DNA of 64,000 bases, taken from the NCBI GenBank assembly GCA_046733215.1, contig JBKPOS010000013.1:985-64984 (forward strand). The letters run 5' to 3'. The translations under genes and the position numbers were made by a program. This DNA is from Gemmatimonadota bacterium (GTDB taxonomy: Bacteria > Gemmatimonadota > Gemmatimonadetes > Gemmatimonadales > GWC2-71-9). Positions 28,430-36,154 of the stretch are shown one piece after another. The stretch's first letter is position 1; each line of letters starts with the position of its first letter. The notes beneath the pieces are model-generated. The model was not told the origin of the DNA and ran no database searches. It saw only the letters and a program-made list of their open reading frames with translations.

Positions 28430-28460
28430 GCCTTAGGCGTTAGCCATTAGCCATAAGCGG
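28426..28460 (+). repeat. Tandem heptamer array GTAGGCC TTAGGCG TTAGCCA TTAGCCA TAAGCGG that starts on the ferredoxin stop codon
   Basis: Five consecutive 7-nt units read directly from the sequence. Each unit contains TAG or TAA. Confidence 0.6.
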
Positions 28461-28680
28461 TTTTCAAGCATCGACTCTCCGTGTACACCACGGAGGGTCG
28501 CGGCTTTCGGAAGCAATTAACGGCCGACGGGTCACGACCTACACGAGAGGGCGGCCCGCGAGGTCGCCATTGTCACGACCCCGGGGCCGTTCATTGGAAG
28601 GATTGCTCACTACTGCGGAGGTCCAGTGAGCACCGGACCGGGCCGCTATACCTATGAACGCACGACCCACCCAAACAGTT

Positions 28681-29886
28681 TCACCACGCCTCGAGACCCT
28701 CCAAGAAGGCGCGAACCGCGTCCGTCACGACCGTTGGCTGCTCGAGTGTCGGAAGATGCGCTGCACCGGCCACCACGATCATCCGGGCATCGGGTAGGGC
28801 CGACGCCATTGCGCTCGCACGTGCCGGGGGCGTGAGCCGGTCCTCTGCGCCGACCAAAATGAGAGTAGGTAGGCCAGTGAGCGATGCCAACATTCCCGCG
28901 CTATCCGGGCGCTCTCGCATCGCGCCGAGCGCACCGACTATGCCAGCCACAGGGGCGGCAGCCATGATCGCCCGGACGCGCTGAACCAGCTCGGCGCTGG
29001 CCGAGCCCGCGAGCATGTTGGGCAACATCGTTTCGGCGATCGCCGCTGCGCCACCTTCACGAGCCAGGGCGGCCGCCTCATCACGCAGTCGTTTCCCTTC
29101 GGCGCTGTCCGCTTCCGCCCGGGTATCCACCAGGATCAGCCCCGCAACACGCTCCCGCCAGCGGCGGAGAAACTCGAACGCGATGTAGCCGCCCATCGAG
29201 AGTCCGCACAAGACCGCCCGATCGGCGCCGAATGCATCCAGCAAAGCGGCGAGATCGGCAGCGTAGGTTGCCATACTGTAGCCCAGGTCTGGCGCATCGG
29301 ATAAACCCATGCCCCTCAAGTCGGGTGAAATCCGCCGCCAACGATCCAGACCCTGGACCTGTGGCTCCCAGATGGTCCGATCGAGCGGATATCCATGAAT
29401 AAACAGCACGGTCGAGCCTTCGCCCTCGACATTGACGGCGAGATTGACCCCGTTCACGGTAATTCTTCGAGCACCTTCACGAGGCGCGGGCCTTGCATTC
29501 ATGAACTCCCCGAAATCCGCCGGAACGGGAGTCGGTTTGCCTTCCCGATCGACGCAGACGAATACAAACTCTGCGGTGGCAATCAGAGCGTCATCCCGAA
29601 CTCGGCGAGCGGTCTGGCGGACGGTGAAGCTGGTTCGGCCATGATGAGTCAGCGCCTGATGGAACCGGAGCACGTCTCCCGGATACGCAGCGGCACTGTA
29701 GTCTACGGTCGCCTTGCGGACGGCGGGCCAGGCACCATTTCGCGAGAAGATGTCCATGCCAGGTCCCCGGGCCAGCATCTCCCAACGGGCGCGCTCGAAA
29801 AGCGCGAGAAACGATGCCTGATTCAGATGACCAAAGGCATCGCACTCGTCCGGATAGACGGTGAGATCGATTTCCTGGGTCGCCAT
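28681..29886 (-). CDS. Fusion protein: 4HBT/YbgC-like acyl-CoA thioesterase (N-terminal) plus alpha/beta hydrolase (C-terminal)
   Basis: N-terminus: IDLTVYPDECDAFGHLNQASFLALFE.ARWE... C-terminus: VLFIHGYPLD...GLSMGGYIA (GxSxG). ATG 29886. Confidence 0.8.
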   Translation of the reverse strand: MATQEIDLTVYPDECDAFGHLNQASFLALFERARWEMLARGPGMDIFSRNGAWPAVRKATVDYSAAAYPGDVLRFHQALTHHGRTSFTVRQTARRVRDDALIATAEFVFVCVDREGKPTPVPADFGEFMNARPAPREGARRITVNGVNLAVNVEGEGSTVLFIHGYPLDRTIWEPQVQGLDRWRRISPDLRGMGLSDAPDLGYSMATYAADLAALLDAFGADRAVLCGLSMGGYIAFEFLRRWRERVAGLILVDTRAEADSAEGKRLRDEAAALAREGGAAAIAETMLPNMLAGSASAELVQRVRAIMAAAPVAGIVGALGAMRERPDSAGMLASLTGLPTLILVGAEDRLTPPARASAMASALPDARMIVVAGAAHLPTLEQPTVVTDAVRAFLEGLEAW

Positions 29887-30006
29887 CGACAGGAAGATAC
29901 GCCGCGGACGGAGCGAGGCGAGGTGGCGCCCCGGTGTCGCCGATCTATTCTTCACCCACAGCGAGGACGTACGTCAGATGAACCGTCTTTCCCAACCGCC
30001 CGGCCT

Positions 30007-30177
30007 ATGAAACCAGCCACCGACTATATCCGCCACGCTGCCCGGCTCGCACGCAAGCTCCAGATGGACGCCGCGATGGGCACCCCGACGCCGCCAGACG
30101 CGGAGTTCTACAAGACCTTATCGAAGGCGCTGGAGGAAATCGCGGCCGGCCTGGAGATGGTGGCAGAGCGTGAGTGA
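30007..30177 (+). CDS. Possible 56-aa small protein overlapping the rnd start by 8 nt
   Basis: ATG-initiated ORF MKPATDYIRHAARLARKLQMD...EEIAAGLEMVAERE in otherwise unassigned space. No RBS and no family recognised. Confidence 0.25.
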   Translation: MKPATDYIRHAARLARKLQMDAAMGTPTPPDAEFYKTLSKALEEIAAGLEMVAERE

Positions 30178-31318
30178 GGAAGGCCTCAGCCTGGTCGCCT
30201 CGGCGGCTGAGCTGGAGCGAGCGCTGACCGAGCTGAGCTGTGAGCCGCTGCTGGCCGTAGATACCGAGGCCGCCAGTTTTCATCGCTACTACGACCGCGT
30301 TTACCTGGTCCAGCTGTCCTCCCGTTCTCGCACGGTCATCATCGATCCCCTCGGCGTGGGAGCGCTTGGCCGCCTCGGAGCCATCCTTGCCGATGGCAAT
30401 GTCGAGGTTGTCTTTCACGATGCCGACTATGACCTGCGTCTGCTGGATCAGCAGTACGGCTTCCGCGCCAGCCGGATATTTGATACTCGGGTTGCCGCGC
30501 AACTGCTCAACGAGCCCGGCATCGGCCTCGCCGCGCTGCTCGAGAAGTATCTGGCCGTTTCGTTGGACAAGCGCTTCCAGCGAGCGGATTGGTCCATCCG
30601 ACCTCTGTCGCGGGACATGTTGCGCTACGCCGCGGACGACACGCGCCACCTTCCCGCGCTTCGGGATATTCTGAGAGACCGATTGACTTTACTGGGAAGG
30701 CTCTCGTGGGCGGAGGAGGAGTTTTCCCTGCTCGAACAGGTTCGGTGGGGATCGAGCGACGGAGAGGAGCCGGGATATCTCCGAGTCAAAGGAGCCAGGC
30801 TTCTGCGCGGCCGGTCACTGGCTGCGCTGCGGGAACTCTATCAATGGCGAGATGAGACGGCGGCCCGCGCGGATCGCGCCGCCTTTCGGATCATCAATAC
30901 GGAACCCCTGCTCGAGATTGCGAAAACGCTGCCAACCGATGTCGCAGCACTCCGAGCTATTCGGGGTGTCGGACAGGACTTGGTCGAGCGCCGCGGCCGG
31001 GACATCCTCGCAGCCGTCCGTCGTGCTCTCGAGCTGCCGGAGCAGGAGCTTCCCCGTATCGAGCGCGGCACCCGCCGCCCAGCCGATCCGGCGTTCGATG
31101 CTCGAGTGGAGCAGCTCAAGGCCAAGCGAAACGAGCTGGCAATTCGACTCAGTCTCGCACCGGGAGTTCTCTGTCCCAATGCTACGCTCGAGGCTATTGC
31201 GCGCGCCGTGCCCGGTTCGCTGGAGGAGCTACGCGCGATTCCAGGAGTGCGTCAATGGCAGGTTGAGACGGTCGGGCAGGACCTGCTGGCGGCAATGAGC
31301 GCGACGAAAGCTCAGTGA
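30170..31318 (+). CDS. rnd: Ribonuclease D (DEDD 3'-5' exonuclease plus HRDC domains)
   Basis: LAVDTEAASFHRYYDRVYLVQLS...VFHDADYDLRLL...RPLS..ML.YAADDT.HL, with HRDC-like repeats (LREL..WRD..A...D). Confidence 0.85.
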   Translation: MSEEGLSLVASAAELERALTELSCEPLLAVDTEAASFHRYYDRVYLVQLSSRSRTVIIDPLGVGALGRLGAILADGNVEVVFHDADYDLRLLDQQYGFRASRIFDTRVAAQLLNEPGIGLAALLEKYLAVSLDKRFQRADWSIRPLSRDMLRYAADDTRHLPALRDILRDRLTLLGRLSWAEEEFSLLEQVRWGSSDGEEPGYLRVKGARLLRGRSLAALRELYQWRDETAARADRAAFRIINTEPLLEIAKTLPTDVAALRAIRGVGQDLVERRGRDILAAVRRALELPEQELPRIERGTRRPADPAFDARVEQLKAKRNELAIRLSLAPGVLCPNATLEAIARAVPGSLEELRAIPGVRQWQVETVGQDLLAAMSATKAQ

Positions 31319-31614
31319 CCGAGGAAGGCACGAACCCGGGGATCCATTCGCTCCGGCGTCCAATAGGGTTCCCACACCAGCTCGACCTCCACTGAACCGG
31401 CGCCTTCGAGGTCTGATGCGACCTCTTTTACACCCTGGAGAATCTCCGCGCCGGCCGGGCAGCCAGGCGAAGTGAGTGTCATCTTGACCTGGATGTCTCC
31501 TTCCTCGTCGACCTCGATGTCGTACACGAGGCCCAGATCGATGATGTTGAGATTGAGCTCCGGATCCTTGACGGCCCGAAGGGCCTTGCGAACAGCGTCA
31601 GAGGTGAGGGACAT
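31312..31614 (-). CDS. DUF59/SufT-like metal-sulfur cluster assembly factor
   Basis: V..AL..V.DPEL.LNIIDLGLVY.I........V.MTLTSPGCP. Confidence 0.85.
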   Translation of the reverse strand: MSLTSDAVRKALRAVKDPELNLNIIDLGLVYDIEVDEEGDIQVKMTLTSPGCPAGAEILQGVKEVASDLEGAGSVEVELVWEPYWTPERMDPRVRAFLGH

Positions 31615-31700
31615 GGCACACCACCTGGTTTAGTCACCCTAGCTGAAAACCCTTCTTCAATCTAGCGGCCTCAAAGGGATCGGGAGCGGCAATGCCCCAC

Positions 31701-32864
31701 TCAGCAGCTGGCTGGAGACTCTGAGCCGCAGGCCCCGGGCACAGCCCGGGAAGTAGCATCGGAGAGTTGGGCTCGGACTACCCGCAGCTTGTCGATCGAT
31801 CGGCTGGTGCGGGGATCGTAGCTTCGATTAGTGAGAAAGACGAGGAATAGGTCGCGGACCGGATCGATCCACAATTCGGTGCCGGTCCAGCCCGTATGGC
31901 CATAGGCTGCCGGACTCACCAGAGTGCCGAAAACGCTCGGATCATCGACGGGGGCATCCAAGGTTGGGCCGTCCCACCCGAGGAGTCGCGTCCCGCTTCG
32001 CGGGCCGGGCCTGAGGAAGAGCTTCATTGTCTCGCCTCTGACCCACCCCCCGTTCGGGCCCTGGCCCTGGCGCAGCCATACCTGGGCAAACCGCGCGAGG
32101 TCATCGCCGGTCGAGAAGAGCCCCGCATGACCCGCAGCCCCACCAAGGCGCGCGGCATTCTGGTCATTTACCTCTCCGCGAACGGGCCGGCCGCGATAGC
32201 GGCCGCTCGGTGCCACTAGTCGCCAGAGCTTGGAAGGAGGGCGGTATAGCGTGTGGGTGAGCTCGAGCGGTGTCAGCACCTCACGCTGTACGACCTGATC
32301 CAGCGGTTCACCCATCACCTGTTCGACCAGGAGCCCCAGGAGCATGGCATTCAGATCACTGTACACAGCAGTATCACCCGGCGCTCGCTGCAGCGGCTCG
32401 GCATACAGCCGGTCGATTACACCGTCGCGGGAGTGAGCCTGACGATAGAAAGGGACCCAGGGAGGGAGGCCGCTCGTGTGATCGAGCAGCATTCGAACCG
32501 TGACCTGACTTTTTTCGCCGCCGGCGAACCGCGGCAGATACCGGACGATTGCGGTATCGAGGCCCACTTTCCCCGCGTCCACCAGACGGAGCACGGCACT
32601 CCCCGTTCCCACCACCTTGGTGAGCGAAGCCAGGTCCCAGAGAGTCGAGTCCGGGGAGGGTCGAGCCGATTTCTGGCTCCAGGTAAGCCGGCCGAAACCC
32701 TTGCCATACAGGATCGTATCGCGCCGGCCGATGACCACTACTGCGCCCGGATACAGGCCCTTCTGAATCCCGTGGCGTACCGCGGCGTCGACGTCCCTGA
32801 ACTGCTGGGCCTGCAGAGAAGAGCGAGTAAGCGTGAGGGCCACGAGCGCAACGAGGGTTAGCAA
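31701..32864 (-). CDS. Serine hydrolase, beta-lactamase/PBP4*-related
   Basis: SxxK motif (LASLTKVV) and typical family length. TTG start, which is uncertain. Confidence 0.8.
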   Translation of the reverse strand: MLTLVALVALTLTRSSLQAQQFRDVDAAVRHGIQKGLYPGAVVVIGRRDTILYGKGFGRLTWSQKSARPSPDSTLWDLASLTKVVGTGSAVLRLVDAGKVGLDTAIVRYLPRFAGGEKSQVTVRMLLDHTSGLPPWVPFYRQAHSRDGVIDRLYAEPLQRAPGDTAVYSDLNAMLLGLLVEQVMGEPLDQVVQREVLTPLELTHTLYRPPSKLWRLVAPSGRYRGRPVRGEVNDQNAARLGGAAGHAGLFSTGDDLARFAQVWLRQGQGPNGGWVRGETMKLFLRPGPRSGTRLLGWDGPTLDAPVDDPSVFGTLVSPAAYGHTGWTGTELWIDPVRDLFLVFLTNRSYDPRTSRSIDKLRVVRAQLSDATSRAVPGACGSESPASC

Positions 32865-32901
32865 AGCCCGTCCTACCCTACGGCGCCGGTACGTGGAGGG
32901 G

Positions 32902-33705
32902 TTAGCGATTCTCTTCGCCTTTTATGGAACCTGGCGGAAGCTGGTAAAGCAATTGGGCCGTCCGCACGTCCCGGTCGGAGAGCCGGGCCGTGCGTGTTGA
33001 CGGGAACATGACGTCGTTCGAATCTGCCGAGTGAGGGAGGCCGATTGCGTGGCCAGTCTCATGGACGGCCACAGACAGCAAGGCTGGATCGGTAAGGTCT
33101 GCACCGGCGCTTGAATGCATGGCCAGTGAAATCGTCGCCCGGCGCACCCGCCCTGCCTGATCCCAGGTCAAATCGGTTTGGCCTGCCCGATCAATGTCGA
33201 AGCGATCGATCCAGCGCACTATGATATCGGCGTCTGCGGTGTCGCGTGCTTCGCTGAAACTCACTCCGATGCCCGCCTCGATCCAGCGAGCCAGCGCCTG
33301 TCGCACCAGCGCGCCCATCCTTGGCATGTATCCCGGCGTGTCATCCTCCACGAGAAAGACCTTGAGGGGGGCGCCATTGCGATCCGGCCAGCGACGGATC
33401 ACCGAGTCAGTGGTCGCTATTAGCGAATCGAGATACGTCCGATCTGCCGCGCCGGTGAGCTGGCGCCGGACGGCCAACCGGGCGAGCCGGTCCAGGGCAG
33501 AGGGCTCAGCAGTGGGAATCGGCGACGGCGCGGCGGCGGGCAGGGCTTTCGGAGCCGGCTGACGGGAAGGGGTAGCTGCCAAGGTGTCTGCCGGCGTCGG
33601 CGAGGTCCGCGCATTGAGGGTGGTCGAGGCGGTCCGGGTCACTCGGTCCGCCAAGACAGCGAAGAGAAGGAGCCCCGTCAGGGCGGGCAGCAGGATGCGT
33701 TTCAT
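32902..33705 (-). CDS. Secreted matrixin-like (M10) zinc metalloprotease
   Basis: VAVHETGHAIGLPHSADSNDVMFP (HExxHxxGxxH plus Met-turn). ATG 33705 gives the signal peptide MKRILLPALTGLLLFAVLA. Confidence 0.75.
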   Translation of the reverse strand: MKRILLPALTGLLLFAVLADRVTRTASTTLNARTSPTPADTLAATPSRQPAPKALPAAAPSPIPTAEPSALDRLARLAVRRQLTGAADRTYLDSLIATTDSVIRRWPDRNGAPLKVFLVEDDTPGYMPRMGALVRQALARWIEAGIGVSFSEARDTADADIIVRWIDRFDIDRAGQTDLTWDQAGRVRRATISLAMHSSAGADLTDPALLSVAVHETGHAIGLPHSADSNDVMFPSTRTARLSDRDVRTAQLLYQLPPGSIKGEENR

Positions 33706-33739
33706 AGAATGTGATGAATATGCCGTGAGCGAGTAGCCG

Positions 33740-33759
33740 GACGCCAGCATGCTGGCGTC
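33740..33759. promoter_or_regulatory. Perfect 20-bp palindrome GACGCCAGCATGCTGGCGTC in the divergent matrixin/MMPL intergenic region; candidate operator
   Basis: Read directly from the sequence. It is exactly self-complementary and lies 35 nt upstream of the matrixin ATG and 23 nt upstream of the MMPL TTG. Confidence 0.4.
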
Positions 33760-33781
33760 GGTGGCTGGAGCCGTCTAACAT

Positions 33782-36091
33782 TTGGCCACCGGCTGCCAGG
33801 GCTTGGCACGGCCATGGAGGCACCAACTGAGCGCGAGGGAACGTATCGCCAGGGGCCTGATCCGCTGGCGCTGGGCTATTGTAGTCCTCTGGTCCGTAAT
33901 CGGCGTGTTCGCGGCAGTTCGCGCCCGGGCAACCGAGCAGCTCCTGAATCTTCGGGGCGGCAGTACTCGGGAGACGGAGGCGTCGCTGGCCGAGGCCACG
34001 CTCAGCCATCGTTTCGACAGCCCGGTCAATGAGTTTTTTGCGGTCACCCTTGCCGGCCCGGCATCATTCGATCTTTCCGGCCCTCGCTTAGTAGTCGATA
34101 ACCTCGCGCACTCTCTCGCCGCCCTGCCCTCCGTGCGGAGTGTCGTCTCATACGTTTCCACCAGCGATACCTCCTTTGTTAGCCGAGACCGCCGCACGAC
34201 GTTCCTGGTGGTCGCGTTGCGCACGTCCACCGGCGACAGCGCCGGAGGTCTGGTTCCGATCGTGCGCCAGACGGTACGCACAACTTTGAATGCATTTCCT
34301 GGGGGCCGGCGCTACACGGCGCACGTCACCGGACGAGCCCCGCTCGACCTGGATATTCGCACCGTTAGCGCTCAGGACAGTCGGCGGGTCGAGCGGCTAT
34401 TGATTGCCCCTACTCTGCTAATCCTCGTTCTTGCGTTCGGCGCTTTAGTCGCCGCGGTACTTCCTCTCATCGTCGGCTTTCTCGCGATCGTAGTCTCGCT
34501 CGCCATCATCGGCCTCTTGGCGCACCTCACCCCGATGTCGGTGTTCGTGCTCAACATGACCACCATGATCGGACTGGGAGTGGGAATCGATTACTCACTC
34601 CTGGTGGTAACCCGCTTCCGCGAGGAGCTGAGCCGAGGCCGTCGACGCCGTGAAGCGGCAGTCACAACACTGCTGACCGCTGGAACGGCCGTCGTCACTT
34701 CAGGGCTGACTGTCGTCGTCGGGTTCGGGGCTCTGCTTTTTACCCCGCTGGTGGAAACACGGAGCGTCGGACTGGGAGGACTGGTGACCGTAGCCGTCGC
34801 CGTCCTGTTGTCGACCACTCTTTTGCCCGCCTTGCTCGCCATCATGGGGCGGACCATCGAACGCCCCCGGTGGCTCGCGCGCCGCGTCGCCTGGTGGCAC
34901 GCTCCCCGAATCTGGGAGACCTGGGCCCGCACGCTGAGCCGCCACCCATGGAAGGCGGCCGCATTGGGAGGTCTCACCATCGCACTTTTGACGGCACCCA
35001 TTTTCTGGATCCGGATTGGGTTGCCCTCGCGGGATTGGTGGCCTAGCGACACCGAAGGCGGTAAGGGCGTCGAGACGTTGACCGCCATGGGCGTTGGCGG
35101 CGTGATTCAGCCTATCCGTCTCGTGATCGAGGCGCCGGCTGGGCACACTGCGGTCGAGACCACCACGCTTCGGGGCTTACGGACTCTGTCGGACTCGCTT
35201 AGGGCGGACCCGCGAGTGCGTGACGTCCGCGGCCTGGTCGACGCCAAGCGAAATACTTCGCTCCTAGCCTATTCCGTGCTCTATAGCGACCTGGATGCCG
35301 CACGCCAGGATCTTCCGCCTGAGTTCCTGGACGCGTACCTGAGCAAGGACGCGCGGGCGACGTTGATGGATGTCATTCTTTCGGATACAACGTCGCTAAC
35401 CACGGCAATGGACGTGGTTCGCAAGATTCGCGACCTCCGAAACGAGCCCCTGCGGGGTACGAAAGGCCTTGATATCAAAATCGGCGGTTACGTCGCATCC
35501 GCCCTCGATTTTCAAGACGACATGCTGGAACGCCTTCCGCTCCTGATCGGCTTGATACTCGCCGCTACTGGGGTCATGCTTGCGATCGCGTTCCGCTCCG
35601 TGCTGGTCCCTGTCAAGGCGATCATCATGAACACTCTATCGGTCAGCGGAACCTTCGGACTGATCGTACTCGTCTTCCAGCACGGAATCGGAGCTCGCCT
35701 CTTCGGCCTCACCGGTCCGACGTCTGCGATCTTCGTCGTTGTTCCGGTCCTGGTGTTCGCCATCGTGTTCGGCCTGAGCATGGATTACGAGGTCTTCCTG
35801 CTCAGCCGAATCAAGGAGGCTTTCGATCGGACCGGCCGCAATGACGAAGCGGTGCTGGAAGGACTGAGCGCAACGGCTTCGGTAATCACCTCCGCCGCGC
35901 TTATCATGATCCTGGTTTTTGGGGTCTTCGCGTTTGCCAGAATACTGGTGATGCAGTTCTTGGGATTCGGGCTTGCGGTAGCCGTGCTGCTCGACGCCAC
36001 GATCATCCGCATGGTGCTGGTTCCAGCAGTCATGCACCTCGCGGGGCGCTGGAACTGGTGGCCGGGAAAAGCGGTGAACAGTGAACAGTAA
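33782..36091 (+). CDS. MMPL-family (RND superfamily) membrane transporter
   Basis: Two six-TM bundles with MMPL-type sequence (GIDYSLLVVTRFREEL..., GLSMDYEVFLLSRIKE). TTG start, which is uncertain. Confidence 0.85.
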   Translation: MATGCQGLARPWRHQLSARERIARGLIRWRWAIVVLWSVIGVFAAVRARATEQLLNLRGGSTRETEASLAEATLSHRFDSPVNEFFAVTLAGPASFDLSGPRLVVDNLAHSLAALPSVRSVVSYVSTSDTSFVSRDRRTTFLVVALRTSTGDSAGGLVPIVRQTVRTTLNAFPGGRRYTAHVTGRAPLDLDIRTVSAQDSRRVERLLIAPTLLILVLAFGALVAAVLPLIVGFLAIVVSLAIIGLLAHLTPMSVFVLNMTTMIGLGVGIDYSLLVVTRFREELSRGRRRREAAVTTLLTAGTAVVTSGLTVVVGFGALLFTPLVETRSVGLGGLVTVAVAVLLSTTLLPALLAIMGRTIERPRWLARRVAWWHAPRIWETWARTLSRHPWKAAALGGLTIALLTAPIFWIRIGLPSRDWWPSDTEGGKGVETLTAMGVGGVIQPIRLVIEAPAGHTAVETTTLRGLRTLSDSLRADPRVRDVRGLVDAKRNTSLLAYSVLYSDLDAARQDLPPEFLDAYLSKDARATLMDVILSDTTSLTTAMDVVRKIRDLRNEPLRGTKGLDIKIGGYVASALDFQDDMLERLPLLIGLILAATGVMLAIAFRSVLVPVKAIIMNTLSVSGTFGLIVLVFQHGIGARLFGLTGPTSAIFVVVPVLVFAIVFGLSMDYEVFLLSRIKEAFDRTGRNDEAVLEGLSATASVITSAALIMILVFGVFAFARILVMQFLGFGLAVAVLLDATIIRMVLVPAVMHLAGRWNWWPGKAVNSEQ

Positions 36092-36154
36092 ACGGTGAAC
36101 GGGGACTGCCTTTCGGTTCAGCCCCGTTCAGCGTTCACTGTTCACTGTTTACCG
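36071..36154. repeat. Heptamer-array palindromic element, copy A ([GTGAACR]x4-GGGG, 10-nt loop, inverted copy); hairpin between convergent genes
   Basis: The + strand at 36074-36108 and the - strand at 36119-36152 carry the same heptamer series. Hand alignment gives 31 Watson-Crick pairs, 1 G-T pair, 2 mismatches and 1 bulge over 34 positions. Confidence 0.8.

Noticed and set aside
28461-28680. Identification of the structured spacer as SRP RNA, 6S RNA or tmRNA
   Set aside because: It lacks the SRP helix-8 GGAA/AGCA motifs, the tmRNA tag-reading frame with its tRNA-like ends, and the 6S long-helix architecture. It is kept only as an unassigned candidate.
36071-36154. Whether the heptamer arrays (also at 51634-51752 and 28426-28460) could be a CRISPR array or a minisatellite-encoded peptide repeat
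   Set aside because: The units are 7 nt long with no spacers and only 4-5 copies, and no cas genes are present. This is far too short for CRISPR. I report them as repeat elements instead.
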